A DNA stretch of 64,000 nt from Candidatus Binatia bacterium (GCA_963664015.2 CAXXLF010000001.1:512001-576000), one strand, 5' to 3'; shown: positions 10,164-20,984, numbered from the stretch's first letter. The notes: generated by a model from the letters alone, not told the origin. Numbers and translations are program-made.

Positions 10164-10886
10164 ATGGAAACCATCAAAGCAACGTTATGGATCTACCGGA
10201 TGACCCTGGAGCGCTCCTTAGCCCTCCTCAGGGGAAACTGGGGCGTGGTGTTTGCGCCCTTGGGTTACAGCTTGATTCTCCTGGTAGCCACAGTGGTCTT
10301 TGGCACCCTGGGGTTGATAGGAGGCATCCTGCTAGCGCTAACTATGGACGCCTGCATGAGTTCGGGGCTTTTTCTCGTCGAAAACATTATAAATGCCAGA
10401 AGGGCTAGCCTGAAGGATTTCGCCAGGGGGTTTACCGTTTATCTGTGGGATATCGTGATGGTTTCCTTTATGCTTTGGGTTCCAATGATGGTGGTGTCAT
10501 CGGCCCTCTACCCCATGCCCAATGGGCCACTGCTCGTGTTTTTTATTCAACTCACACTTTACATTATTCTCAACGCGGTGCCCGAAATAATCTACCAAAC
10601 CCGAGCCTCGGGGCTGGATCTGCTGGTTGCCAGCTACCGTTTTATCGTCGAGAATTGGGCCGAGTGGTTCGCACCCAACGTGTTGATCACCCTGGCTGGT
10701 TTTTGCCTCCTCCGTCTGCTCGATCCCATCGTCATGGCGCTCCCCCTCCCTATGGTCATTTTTGTAATGGCGCTCGCTTTCGGCCTCTTTCTTACTTATC
10801 TGATGATCTTTCGGGGCCTTCTCTTTTCTGAACTCAATGGAAGCAACCGGCGCGCTCGGATTTACAAATACAAAGTGCGTGAATAA
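10164..10886 (+). CDS. Hypothetical polytopic membrane protein
   Basis: 240 aa with 5-6 hydrophobic segments, co-oriented with neighbours. Confidence 0.75.
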   Translation: METIKATLWIYRMTLERSLALLRGNWGVVFAPLGYSLILLVATVVFGTLGLIGGILLALTMDACMSSGLFLVENIINARRASLKDFARGFTVYLWDIVMVSFMLWVPMMVVSSALYPMPNGPLLVFFIQLTLYIILNAVPEIIYQTRASGLDLLVASYRFIVENWAEWFAPNVLITLAGFCLLRLLDPIVMALPLPMVIFVMALAFGLFLTYLMIFRGLLFSELNGSNRRARIYKYKVRE

Positions 10887-10998
10887 AACCGACCCAGGGA
10901 TTTCCCCACACGATCCTTGAGTAAGGGAAGGTTCAGGACTTGCTAACTATCGTGCCTTAGCCCTATGATCGGTTGGAGGATTAGTAAAGGAATAGACG

Positions 10999-11367
10999 AT
11001 GGACCGAGGCTTTTTCATTCTTGGCTCTCTGGTGGCCCTCTTGGGGGTAGGCTTGGGGGCCTTTGCCACCCACGGCCTCAAAGGTCGATTGTCTTCAGAA
11101 TTGCTCGCTGCCTTTGAGGTTGGCGTTCGATACCAGATGTATCACGCCCTGGCGCTCCTGGCTGTGGCCTGGGCCTGGTCGCGCTGGCCTCGAACTGAAA
11201 TTACGGCTGCCGGCTGGCTTTTTTTAGCCGGGATCGTGCTTTTCTCAGGCAGCCTGTACCTTTTGGCCCTAACGGGTTCACGCCCCCTCGGGATCATCAC
11301 ACCCGTAGGAGGGGTTTTGTTGATCATAGGATGGCTTGCCCTCGCATGGGGGGTTTGGCAGGGCTGA
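10999..11367 (+). CDS. DUF423 (YgdD/TMEM256) membrane protein
   Basis: LGAFATHGL, YQMYHALA, GIVLFSGSLY, ITPVGG. Confidence 0.92.
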   Translation: MDRGFFILGSLVALLGVGLGAFATHGLKGRLSSELLAAFEVGVRYQMYHALALLAVAWAWSRWPRTEITAAGWLFLAGIVLFSGSLYLLALTGSRPLGIITPVGGVLLIIGWLALAWGVWQG

Positions 11368-11439
11368 GAGAGTCCCGTGGAGTCTGGAAACAGCTCTCTT
11401 TCTTGACACTCCGATCAAGCTAATCTAGTTAATTAATAA

Positions 11440-12558
11440 ATGGTTATCGGCATCCCAAAAGAGATCAAAACGGAAGAGAACCGTGTGGCCATCACCCCAA
11501 CGGGAGTTTCGGCCCTGGTTACCCACGGACACCAGGTATTTATCGAGAAGGGAGCCGGTTGGGGTAGCGGCATCCTGGATCGCGCATACGAGGCCGCTGG
11601 GGCAGCGATTGATAAGTCGGCCCGGGACCTCTGGCAACGGGCCGAGATAATAATGAAGGTCAAGGAGCCTTTGGATGAGGAACTGAATTGGCTTCGGCCG
11701 GAACTGATCCTCTTTGCCTATCTCCACCTGGCCGCCAACCAAATACTGACGCGCGCCCTGGCAAAGAAAAAGGTGGCCGCCGTCGCCTACGAAACCATTC
11801 AGCTGAAGGATGGGTCGTTGCCGCTCCTGATCCCCATGAGCGAAATTGCCGGCCGCCTGTCGTTACAGGTAGGAGCCTGGTGTCTTCAGGCGGAAAATGG
11901 CGGCCGGGGACTTCTGCTGGGTGGTGCATCCGGTGTACGTCCCGGCAAGGTTGTAATTCTGGGAGCGGGAATAGCGGGATCCAGCGCATGCCAGGTGGCT
12001 ACGGGGATGGGAGCTGACGTAAGCATCTTGGATGTGAATTCCTCAAAACTTAGATATATTCATGACATCCTCGGGGGACGGATCACGACTCTCATGTCCA
12101 ACGCGGCCAACGTGGAAGAAGAGGTGGTGGACGCTGATTTGGTTATCGGATCCATTCTCATACCGGGGGCAAAGTCCCCTAAACTCATTTCCCGCTCCCT
12201 GCTCAAATTGATGAAACCTGGCGCAGCCATTGTCGATATTGCCATTGATCAGGGCGGATGTGTGGAAAGCGCTCGCCCCACGACCCATACGGATCCAATC
12301 TACGTCGAGCAGGAGATCGTCCACTACTGCGTTACCAATATGCCGGCTATCGTGCCTTACACCTCAACCTACGCCCTTACCAATGCCACCCTTGCGTATG
12401 GCTTGGAGATCGCCGACCATGGTATGATTCAATCCATGCGCGGGAACGCCGCCCTGGCGCGGGGACTCAACACTTACCGGGGAAAGATTACTCATGAGGG
12501 GGTAGCCAATGCGTTTGGCTTGAGCACCACTCCTCTAGAAGAGGTCCTCGGCCTATGA
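11440..12558 (+). CDS. ald: Alanine dehydrogenase
   Basis: IGIPKEIKTEENRVA, KVKEP, YLHLAA, PMSEIAGR, DIAIDQGGC, HYCVTNMP. Confidence 0.96.
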   Translation: MVIGIPKEIKTEENRVAITPTGVSALVTHGHQVFIEKGAGWGSGILDRAYEAAGAAIDKSARDLWQRAEIIMKVKEPLDEELNWLRPELILFAYLHLAANQILTRALAKKKVAAVAYETIQLKDGSLPLLIPMSEIAGRLSLQVGAWCLQAENGGRGLLLGGASGVRPGKVVILGAGIAGSSACQVATGMGADVSILDVNSSKLRYIHDILGGRITTLMSNAANVEEEVVDADLVIGSILIPGAKSPKLISRSLLKLMKPGAAIVDIAIDQGGCVESARPTTHTDPIYVEQEIVHYCVTNMPAIVPYTSTYALTNATLAYGLEIADHGMIQSMRGNAALARGLNTYRGKITHEGVANAFGLSTTPLEEVLGL

Positions 12559-13490
12559 GGCTGGTCACACGACCGGACTTTGACGGACTCGTTTGCGGCT
12601 CCTTGACCACGGCCCTAGAACAAATCGATTCCACTCTATTTGTCGAGCCCAAGTGGATGCAGGACGGCATAGTCGATGTGCGCCATGGGGATATCATTGC
12701 CAACCTGCCCTTTCATCCCAATTGCAGCTTATGGTTCGACCACCATCTCAGCAACGAGGTCCAGGGATTTGACACACCCATCGTCAAAGGTAGAGGAGGA
12801 TACCGGCTGGCCCCCAGCGCCGCACGGGTCGTCTTTGAATACTACGACCAGGTCCCTTTAGGATCCGACCACAAGACCAAGACCGCACTGGAAATGATCC
12901 GGAGTGATCGTTTCACAAAACTCCTCCAGGATACGGATAAGATCGATGCCGGACTCCTGACCCATGACGACGTGCTACACCCCAAGGGTTACGTCCTCAT
13001 TTCCATGACCATCGACGGCAAGAGAACCGCCGACGAACCATACTGGCTCCAACTGATCGAACTGTTACGGGACCGGACCCTGGACGAGGTGTTGGGAGAC
13101 CCGTCGGTAAAGGAACAGTCCGAGCGAATTCTCGGACTTCAGGGGACACTTAAGGATATTCTTCAAAAACACGCACAATTGAAAGGCAACGTCATATTCA
13201 TCGATCTTCGCGGCATGCCCGATATTTCCGAGGTGAACCGTTTCCTGATATATACCCTTTTCCCCGAGGCGAATATCTCTCTCAAGGTGGCCAACGATAG
13301 TCAAAAGGTCGAGCGAACTGCCCTCTCGGTTGGGTACAACATTTTCAATACGACCTCCAAGGTCAATGTCGGCGCCCTCATGCAGAAGTACGGTGGCGGC
13401 GGCCATCGAGTCGTCGGTTCCAGTCGGGTACCCAAAGCCGAAGCCGACAACGATATCCGAGAGATCCTTCAGGCCATTACAGACCCCTAA
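12555..13490 (+). CDS. DHH/DHHA1 superfamily phosphoesterase (exopolyphosphatase/nanoRNase-like)
   Basis: RLVTRPDFDG, FDHH, C-terminal YGGGGH; ATGA overlap with ald. Confidence 0.85.
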   Translation: MRLVTRPDFDGLVCGSLTTALEQIDSTLFVEPKWMQDGIVDVRHGDIIANLPFHPNCSLWFDHHLSNEVQGFDTPIVKGRGGYRLAPSAARVVFEYYDQVPLGSDHKTKTALEMIRSDRFTKLLQDTDKIDAGLLTHDDVLHPKGYVLISMTIDGKRTADEPYWLQLIELLRDRTLDEVLGDPSVKEQSERILGLQGTLKDILQKHAQLKGNVIFIDLRGMPDISEVNRFLIYTLFPEANISLKVANDSQKVERTALSVGYNIFNTTSKVNVGALMQKYGGGGHRVVGSSRVPKAEADNDIREILQAITDP

Positions 13491-13536
13491 AGCAGATTCA
13501 AAGAAAAGAGAAGGCACTGGGATACAACAGATAACG

Positions 13537-13881
13537 ATGAAATTATTAAAGATCCACGACGCCCTTAAAAGCCTCGAACGTGTCAACGATGAGATTCGCT
13601 ACAAGAGCTGCATCGAGGAAAAAGAGTACACAGTGGGTCTCATCGCCTTCAGTCCCCGAACCAGCCCGGACGTCAAACAAATCAACCATCACGATAAAGA
13701 CGTGGTGTGCCAGGTCCTCCACGGCCGTGGCAGATTGCGGCTTCAGGACGAGATCCTGGAATTAGAGCCGGGGACACTCTGTCACATACCCAGGGGTACC
13801 CCCCATGACTTTTCCGCCGGGCATGATGGAGAGCTGGTCCTGCTGTACTCCCTCATGACGACGGGGAAAAAGAATAGGTAG
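13537..13881 (+). CDS. Cupin domain protein
   Basis: HHDKDVVCQVLHGRG...LEPG...IPRGTPH; start placed at ATG 13537 within the 13330 ORF. Confidence 0.82.
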   Translation: MKLLKIHDALKSLERVNDEIRYKSCIEEKEYTVGLIAFSPRTSPDVKQINHHDKDVVCQVLHGRGRLRLQDEILELEPGTLCHIPRGTPHDFSAGHDGELVLLYSLMTTGKKNR

Positions 13882-13950
13882 ATGGGATGCTCCCTCATCG
13901 GTCACCCCACTCGGTCCTAACCTTCAATAACAGGGTTCCCCGGAGGCGTT

Positions 13951-14874
13951 TTGCGATCCCATAAATTTTCCAACTCATTCCCCGTCTGGCTCGTGCTCCT
14001 TGTCCTGACGAGCTCTGTGGGGGGATGCTCTTCCAAAGTCCGTCCGGACCCCCAGTACGAGGCAACCGGCAGCCTGCTTGAAACGATCAAGGATTTTCAA
14101 AGGCTGAACCGCGAGGATCTCTATCGCTTTCCAATTTCCAAAGACGTTACGGGCACCAACATTATCAAGGCTACGCTGACTCGCCTGGATGATTACGAAA
14201 AGACCCATGCAAACGGAATGATCGATATCGTCAGCTTTACCAAGGCCATGGCTTATGAGCGGCTGAGAGATTACGATCGGGCCTTGGTCTACTACCAGAA
14301 GGTAGCCCAATTGAATGGACGGCTGGGCGAGCAGGCAAGAAACAACATCGAGACCATAAAGGCCTTTCAAAGGATTTTAAATAAACCTCTTTCGGTCCAG
14401 GATCCATTCGAGTACATCAAGGGACTCGACGAGAAGGTCCAGGCATGGAATGAAATGGCACGGAGCTATCAAGGGACGCCTTATGAGTACCTGGCCCATA
14501 TTGAAGAAGAAAGGATTGACCGTGCCAAGGTCGCCTTTGTGGAATTAAACCGCTCCCGTTTGAAGGACGGAAACCAGCTGGTCATCCTGGGCTACAGCCA
14601 GCTAATCACCAAGCACCGATTAAGCAAGAATCTCCACAGCTATCTCCTGGACTTTGGCGACTACTACGTAAGGTTGGCCAACGAGTACGTTACCCAGAAC
14701 GATCCCCAGGGCTTGAGCTTTCAGCCGGAAGCCCTTGATCAGCTTGCAAAATTAGCCCTCAAATACTATACAGAAGTGGCTCACCAAGACGGTAAGATGG
14801 AAAAGATCGAAGCCGAAGGAAAGATCAAGAGCCTGCAAGCTCTGACTCAGAGAATCAGGAAAATCAACCAGTGA
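13951..14874 (+). CDS. Putative lipoprotein with TPR-like helices
   Basis: Hydrophobic signal plus lipobox VGG-C; AMAYERLRDYDRALVYYQKVA TPR pattern. Confidence 0.75.
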   Translation: MRSHKFSNSFPVWLVLLVLTSSVGGCSSKVRPDPQYEATGSLLETIKDFQRLNREDLYRFPISKDVTGTNIIKATLTRLDDYEKTHANGMIDIVSFTKAMAYERLRDYDRALVYYQKVAQLNGRLGEQARNNIETIKAFQRILNKPLSVQDPFEYIKGLDEKVQAWNEMARSYQGTPYEYLAHIEEERIDRAKVAFVELNRSRLKDGNQLVILGYSQLITKHRLSKNLHSYLLDFGDYYVRLANEYVTQNDPQGLSFQPEALDQLAKLALKYYTEVAHQDGKMEKIEAEGKIKSLQALTQRIRKINQ

Positions 14875-17375
14875 TCGCAATAATCCAGTTAATTCTCCTC
14901 TCGTTGCTTATGCTCCAATCGGGTATCTTATGGGGCGAGTCCACTGGTGAAGATGGGACGGCAGCAGTATCCATAATCTTGAACCCCATGCCCGAATTCG
15001 ACCCTTTCACCATGCGATCCCGACCTACACCTGAATTCTTTCCCGATGAGACCGAAAAGCGAGTGCGCAAACTGCTCATCCAGAACCTTACAGAACCCAA
15101 CAAGGACCTGATCGACCATGTCCGCTACTTCAAAGATAGGGACTCTCAGCTAAGCAAAGAGCGGAACCGGGTAACCGGTCTGACGGATCACGTCATGGAT
15201 CTGAATCTCACGACGATCCGAAGTCGTTCCGAATACCTGGCTGCCAATAAAGAGGCACTGGATTCGGCGTCCACGGATGAACGAAAGAACCTCATCCAGT
15301 CCAGGATCCGTAACGATGAGCTTACGCGGGCCCATAAACTATTGAAAAACAGCAACACGAACCGCGTCGGATCCTTTACCAATCGACTTCTCAAATCTGT
15401 AGATCTGGTCGACATCGCATCGGGCTCCTATCTATCCGCTGCAGTCGATACAACGGTTGCCCAGGTCATGTCCCTGAAGGATATAACAATGCCCATCGGG
15501 GAAAGGCAGGCGTTAGCCCTATACCGCCATTTTTTAAAACTCTACCCGGAAGATCCGGAAAGAGAAAAAGTTGAAAAACTCGTGGAGGGTTTGGAGAAAA
15601 AGAAGAGAGGCTATCTTACCAGTCGCTACCTGGAACGATCCGAGGACGCCGCGGACGAGGGTGACCTGCACCGGGCCCAATTCCAACTGGAGATGGCTTA
15701 TCTGACCGATCCTGAACTGATGCAGTCTGATTCGAATTATAAGGAGCTCCGCAAGCGCCTGCAAGGGGAAGCTGAATCCAATGGATCTACCGAACCAGCA
15801 AAAATCATTAGCCACCCCGGCCCCGCACCGGATTCGGACATTCAAGAATTGTTTTACGCCCTAACCCTAAGGGATGCGGAGAAGATTCAAGCTCAGGCCA
15901 AGGCCGTAGAGGACCATCATCCAAATAGCGACCTGGGAGAATCGGCAAAGGACGCCCAAGCGGTAGCAATGGAGATCCAGGGACGTCATGACAAGGCAAA
16001 GAAGCTACTCCGCCAGATTGCTAGTTCTTCCCCCTCTCCACATCAAAGGCAACGGGCCAAGGCCCTGCTGGAAAGCCGCAATTATAATTTACTAGAATCG
16101 GTCCACAAAGCGCAAAACCAATACCGGCTCGATACAGTGAAATACGTACTCCTGGGGGAAGATTTTCTCGAGAAAAACATGCTCATCGGACTCCGGCCGC
16201 TCATGGCCCAGGGCATCGCAGGCGTCAACACCTGGGGTCTGGCCAATCTGATCTTCATGGGAACCAATCTATTCCACGTAATGACCGCTCATCCCGTATC
16301 CGACCAACCCATTATCGATAAGGCCGTGACCTACATCAGGAACCATCCGGATTCGGAAAGTACTACAGAAGTCTATGGGATTTTGGCGGAAGCCTACGAA
16401 GACCGGGGGAATTACGACAAAGCCATCGCCTATCACCGGCTGTCCGGCGCGGCTTCGGAGGAGAAGATCACGGCTCTCAAAGAATCCGCAGCGAGTTCCC
16501 TTCTCGACAGAGCAAAGGAAAGTAAATCAAGCGGAACCAAAGAATTCATCTTGAGGGGCCTACTGGAATTTTTCCCGGACAGCACCGCATCTAAGGAGGC
16601 CCATGGGGAGCTGGCAAAGCTAATGAAGCCGGAAAATCGGGGCGTAAAGATCAGCAAGCAATTTCTCATGGAAAACCCCGAACTCTATATGGAAAAGGGT
16701 TTGGGCCTCAAGCCATCGCTCTTCGATGGAGAAAACAACAATATGGAGCTCGCCGACCAGGGTATCAATCTCATCAGCAATGAAGAGATTCTCTTCCATT
16801 TTGATACCCCGTGGGGGATCCAAAGCCGCCCTTACCTAGTGCGTGCAGAAACCATCGATCGCTTCGAGCGGGCCCTGAGGAAAAAGAATTACCAGGTGGC
16901 CATGAGCGATATTCACACCCGCCCCGTAGATAGCAGGGGAGGCTATACTAATCTCCCCGATAAGATTCGTAAGGGCAACGGTCAGGAGGGCACGAGGAGC
17001 CAGGACGGCACTGATCTCAGGCTGGTCAAGCGCGCCAAGGGAACCTCCCCTACCTATCCCAAGGTTCTCGATTATGAACTCTTGAGTAAAAACGAGCAAA
17101 ACCCGGGGTCCATGTTCGAAATGCCAGAGATCAAAGGAACCATTTCCGCCAACGACATCAACGTTAGCGGAGCACTCCCTACCACCCTTTGGGGGGAAAG
17201 TCTCAGTTTTGGATCCGCTGATGGAAACGCGGCTGCTGGGCTACAACTTCCCATCCCACTGTTGCAGAATTTCATCCCCGTAGATTTTTTCCTACAGGGG
17301 TCGACCGGACGCCCATCCCTGATACCCCAGATCCATACATTCCAACTTGGTGAAGACGCCACCCTATTTCGCTAG
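14871..17375 (+). CDS. Large exported TPR-containing hypothetical protein (834 aa)
   Basis: N-terminal signal peptide, TPR-like segments (LAEAYEDRGNYDKAIAYH; FLKLYPED); GTGA overlap with the upstream lipoprotein. Confidence 0.78.
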   Translation: MIAIIQLILLSLLMLQSGILWGESTGEDGTAAVSIILNPMPEFDPFTMRSRPTPEFFPDETEKRVRKLLIQNLTEPNKDLIDHVRYFKDRDSQLSKERNRVTGLTDHVMDLNLTTIRSRSEYLAANKEALDSASTDERKNLIQSRIRNDELTRAHKLLKNSNTNRVGSFTNRLLKSVDLVDIASGSYLSAAVDTTVAQVMSLKDITMPIGERQALALYRHFLKLYPEDPEREKVEKLVEGLEKKKRGYLTSRYLERSEDAADEGDLHRAQFQLEMAYLTDPELMQSDSNYKELRKRLQGEAESNGSTEPAKIISHPGPAPDSDIQELFYALTLRDAEKIQAQAKAVEDHHPNSDLGESAKDAQAVAMEIQGRHDKAKKLLRQIASSSPSPHQRQRAKALLESRNYNLLESVHKAQNQYRLDTVKYVLLGEDFLEKNMLIGLRPLMAQGIAGVNTWGLANLIFMGTNLFHVMTAHPVSDQPIIDKAVTYIRNHPDSESTTEVYGILAEAYEDRGNYDKAIAYHRLSGAASEEKITALKESAASSLLDRAKESKSSGTKEFILRGLLEFFPDSTASKEAHGELAKLMKPENRGVKISKQFLMENPELYMEKGLGLKPSLFDGENNNMELADQGINLISNEEILFHFDTPWGIQSRPYLVRAETIDRFERALRKKNYQVAMSDIHTRPVDSRGGYTNLPDKIRKGNGQEGTRSQDGTDLRLVKRAKGTSPTYPKVLDYELLSKNEQNPGSMFEMPEIKGTISANDINVSGALPTTLWGESLSFGSADGNAAAGLQLPIPLLQNFIPVDFFLQGSTGRPSLIPQIHTFQLGEDATLFR

Positions 17376-17601
17376 GCCGGAATCTGTGGTATCGGCTCCA
17401 TAGGGTCCGTAAGCATGGCGTGGGCATGATAAGATCGGTGCCCCACGCAATAGCCCAATGGTTCTAGAACCCATAGGGATGCCATGAAATGGAGGATACA
17501 ACCCCAAGGTATCTCAGACTCCAGACCCATGTACTCCCAAGTTATTTTGGATTAGGGGGCGCAGCAAAAGGCTTATCAACCATCATTCAGGGGGAAGAAA
17601 A

Positions 17602-18447
17602 ATGATACCAACCACTGCGTTGTCCAAGGCCCACATGGAATGTCGTTCCCTAGAGGAAACCGTCCCAGTCCTTACCGAGCTTTTGGCCTTTGAAAAAGTG
17701 GCAGAAGGACCCCGTACCATCACTCTTAAACACCCCAACAGCCAATGGCTACTCGCCGTTCATGAGGGGGGAGCCCAGGCCCCGGAGAAACAGATGCACA
17801 ATCACTTTGGGGTGAGGGTGACAAAGAAAGAGGAAGTGGACGCGGCTTATGCCTACCTGACCTCGCACCAAGACAAGTTTGGCCTACAAGAACTAAAAAA
17901 ACCCGAGAACTCCCATGGATCCTATTCGGTTTATTTTCGGGAACCAGGAACCAACGGATGGGAGATCGAATGTTTTGAAGACGTGCTGCGCAAAGAGATA
18001 GGAGGAACGCGACTTGGAGGCGTACGGGCCCCCCACTGGGATGCTCCGTTATCCCCCGAACGGTTTCCCGACAGAGGCTATCTCCCCCAGGCCTTTACCC
18101 ACGGAACTCTGGCTTCCAATGACCTGGAGACTTCCACACGGTTTTATACGGAAGTTCTTGGCCTGGAGGTCTACCGGGCCTATGAACAGGTCGTCTACAT
18201 CAAGCACCCACGTCAAAAGGCCTACATCGTAAGCCTTCGCCGCGATGGGAAAAAGGATTTCTCCCCTAATTTTCGATTTAGCATGACCCTGGAGTCCCAG
18301 AAGGCCGTGGAGGATGCGCACCGATGGCTTACCGAGTCAGGTAAAGAATACGGGATTCACGAGCTAGGAGAGTTGCAAACCGACGGGTCTCTATCCTTCT
18401 TCCTGGTCTCTGACCCGGACAAGAATTGGTGGGAGCTGACATCCTAG
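17602..18447 (+). CDS. Two-domain VOC (glyoxalase/extradiol dioxygenase fold) protein
   Basis: NHFGVRV, SVYFREPGTNGWEI, HGTL..DLE.S.RFY.EVLGL, DPDKNWWE. Confidence 0.85.
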   Translation: MIPTTALSKAHMECRSLEETVPVLTELLAFEKVAEGPRTITLKHPNSQWLLAVHEGGAQAPEKQMHNHFGVRVTKKEEVDAAYAYLTSHQDKFGLQELKKPENSHGSYSVYFREPGTNGWEIECFEDVLRKEIGGTRLGGVRAPHWDAPLSPERFPDRGYLPQAFTHGTLASNDLETSTRFYTEVLGLEVYRAYEQVVYIKHPRQKAYIVSLRRDGKKDFSPNFRFSMTLESQKAVEDAHRWLTESGKEYGIHELGELQTDGSLSFFLVSDPDKNWWELTS

Positions 18448-18563
18448 AGTTGAACTTCCGAGAAAGGACAAAAGGCTGAAATAAGGCGATAGAACCGAAT
18501 TCATCTCTACCTCCTATACCACTGCTTTGGTTTAAAGGGGGCCAGGATATCCTTCGGGGGGTG

Positions 18564-19667
18564 TCAAGTGCGGCCTTGGCTGACCGGTGGCAACTTGGAA
18601 TGGATTCCTATCTTTTCAAGTTCCCCATAGAACTCTTCTCGGATCACCGGATCCTCTTGTTCGTAGCTGATATTCAATGATTCAGCGAAAGGATCCGTGG
18701 TCTGTGCGGTGGGCGAAACCCGCGTATATTCCCTGCCCCAACCGTATCGAATGCCAATTCCCCTGAAGGCCAACATCTTAAACGGCGTGGTCCCTGCGTT
18801 GAAGTGCTGGTGAAACTCGTTGAGGACGGGGGAAATGACCGTGTAGGGCTTAAGCAGCATTTTGCGCCTGTTCTTTTCGTCTCCGGGCATGAACAGGATT
18901 TCGTAACCTTTACCTTCTACAGTAATGACATGGGCACCCGGCCCATGTCGGTGGGCCGTCATATAGGTCCCCACCTGGACCTCGGCGATATGGATTCCAA
19001 TGTTCGTGCCGGCCATGGAAAGCCTCTGTACCTTGTGACGATGCCCGCGGACTAGATTTTCATCCAACGGGACTTGCCGAATGTCGGCAACAAAGTTGGT
19101 TTCAAAAGTCCGGTGCCGCCAATGTTTCCCTTTCCCAGCGAAAAAATCCTGCTGATCAGAGGAGAATCGGTCGTTGAAGACGAAAGGGTTATTAAAAACG
19201 TATTCCAAATTGTGAAACCAGTTGATCACATAAGGCATGTTGGTGCAGAAAAAGATCCGGCAAGGCTGGTCGCTGGATGCGTTGAATTCCTGATGCCATG
19301 CATTGAGAGGAATCGTTAGCAAGGCCCCCTCTTCCCATTCCACCGTTCGCTTGGGTTGACCCTCCTGCCAAATGGTGGTGGCCCCTTGCCCCTTCATCAC
19401 ATACATAATCGCCTCATACATGTGACGCTCCGGCTTGAGTTCGCCCTTGGGTGGAATTTCAATGATTTGTAAGTTATATGACTGCTCCTGGTTTCCCAGA
19501 CGGGTATAGGCGCATTTCCCTCCTCTGCGCTCCCATTCCCCTAAGGGTATGGTCGCCATATCTTCCAGAGCGCTTCCCTCATAGAGGGGAACCCCTTCCC
19601 GATGGACAAAATCTTGAAACGAGCTCTTGATGTACCACTGGTCGAAGTTGTCTTCCGTTTTAGACAT
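18564..19667 (-). CDS. Bicupin protein (gentisate 1,2-dioxygenase-like fold)
   Basis: ERHMYE...IPLNAWHQ and AHRHGPGAH...FHQHFN cupin motifs. Confidence 0.8.
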   Translation of the reverse strand: MSKTEDNFDQWYIKSSFQDFVHREGVPLYEGSALEDMATIPLGEWERRGGKCAYTRLGNQEQSYNLQIIEIPPKGELKPERHMYEAIMYVMKGQGATTIWQEGQPKRTVEWEEGALLTIPLNAWHQEFNASSDQPCRIFFCTNMPYVINWFHNLEYVFNNPFVFNDRFSSDQQDFFAGKGKHWRHRTFETNFVADIRQVPLDENLVRGHRHKVQRLSMAGTNIGIHIAEVQVGTYMTAHRHGPGAHVITVEGKGYEILFMPGDEKNRRKMLLKPYTVISPVLNEFHQHFNAGTTPFKMLAFRGIGIRYGWGREYTRVSPTAQTTDPFAESLNISYEQEDPVIREEFYGELEKIGIHSKLPPVSQGRT

Positions 19668-19698
19668 AACAGGGTTCCTTTAAATTAAAAACTTGGAT

Positions 19699-20874
19699 TT
19701 ACCTTTTAATGATAAGGGAGGAGCCTTTTTGTTTTTCCTGCTCTTGTCCCTTCTCCTGCGCGCTGTATAGGGCCAGGCTCCTCTGGATCAACCCATAGAG
19801 GAAAGGGACCCCTAGCCCGCCCAGGTCGCGTTCTTTCACGGCAAGGGACACAGCCAAAGCAATCAGGGCCGGATCCTTCCGATCTGTTAAATAGAGATAG
19901 AGGGCCATGTCCTCCATACGCCGGGTAAAGGTCTCGCCCGCTTCTGTAATAAAAAGCTCCCGTACTATTTCGCTGATCAATCGGCCCATACGCTCTTCTT
20001 TTTGGAGGGGATTGAGAACCAACCGGCTCTCCAAGGCTTCCTCGATACGGATCGCGTATGGCTGGATCCAATCCTCATCCAGGACCCAAGTGCGAAACTC
20101 GGGTTCCTCCAAAAGTTTTTGCGACGACTCCCGCCATGCCCCGGAACGGGCGTCCAGCGTATTCAAGTGATCATAAACAGGATGCGGTCTCGAAGAGGGC
20201 TTGGCCAAATTCATGTGCGCCCTGATCTGTAAAAATTGCTCCAGCCCTTCCCGTCCTGATCCCTTAGCCTTCTCAAAGGCCTCATACAAAACCCAATCTA
20301 CATAATCCCAGGGAACGGGGATCAAAGTGATGCCGTGCTTTTCCTTGATATCCGCCACCATACGACGCAGATCTTTTCGACGCAGCGCCGAGCCGCCGAG
20401 CTGGATCAACCCTTGCCGATCGTTAACGATCCCCTGGATCATATCAATCCCGCTCCCGAACTGAGGTTTGACCAACCACACCAGCCGGTTGCCACCGCCA
20501 TCTACCGACGAGAAGTATCCCTCAATTTTCGGACCCAACCCGAAGACGGACGTTTCAGTCTTCTCCAATCCCTCTTTCCCCTTTGGAGCGACCAAGCCCT
20601 TCTGGGCTAATTTGAACAAGGAGCGCCGAATTTCCCGTTTGACCTCACGATCTATCGCCTTGGGCTCCAATCCGGTTAGCGCCTCAACCGCAGTGGGATC
20701 CACAATTCGCCCTAAGAGAAAGATTACGGCCAGGTCCATTTCTTTGCCCGTGCCGAAATGGAAGACCAAGAAATCGATGGCGCTTACTAAAGGATCCCCA
20801 GCGGGGAATCCCCCTTTGCGCAACTCCTCCTGGCCCCTTCGGATGGCCCTCTGTCTGATATCCTGCTTAGCCAA
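19699..20874 (-). CDS. Hypothetical protein (HEAT-like N-terminus)
   Basis: 391-aa ORF filling the gap; LGRI...AVEAL...REIRRSLFKL helical-repeat pattern. Confidence 0.72.
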   Translation of the reverse strand: MAKQDIRQRAIRRGQEELRKGGFPAGDPLVSAIDFLVFHFGTGKEMDLAVIFLLGRIVDPTAVEALTGLEPKAIDREVKREIRRSLFKLAQKGLVAPKGKEGLEKTETSVFGLGPKIEGYFSSVDGGGNRLVWLVKPQFGSGIDMIQGIVNDRQGLIQLGGSALRRKDLRRMVADIKEKHGITLIPVPWDYVDWVLYEAFEKAKGSGREGLEQFLQIRAHMNLAKPSSRPHPVYDHLNTLDARSGAWRESSQKLLEEPEFRTWVLDEDWIQPYAIRIEEALESRLVLNPLQKEERMGRLISEIVRELFITEAGETFTRRMEDMALYLYLTDRKDPALIALAVSLAVKERDLGGLGVPFLYGLIQRSLALYSAQEKGQEQEKQKGSSLIIKR

Positions 20875-20984
20875 TCTTTTCCCCGATTCCCTTGCTAAAT
20901 CCAGCCGTTCCGCTTAAAAAGCAAAGCGTCCTTACTCTTGACATATTTCCACTGGGTTGCCAAGGGTCGCAAAAAAGCCAGAGA

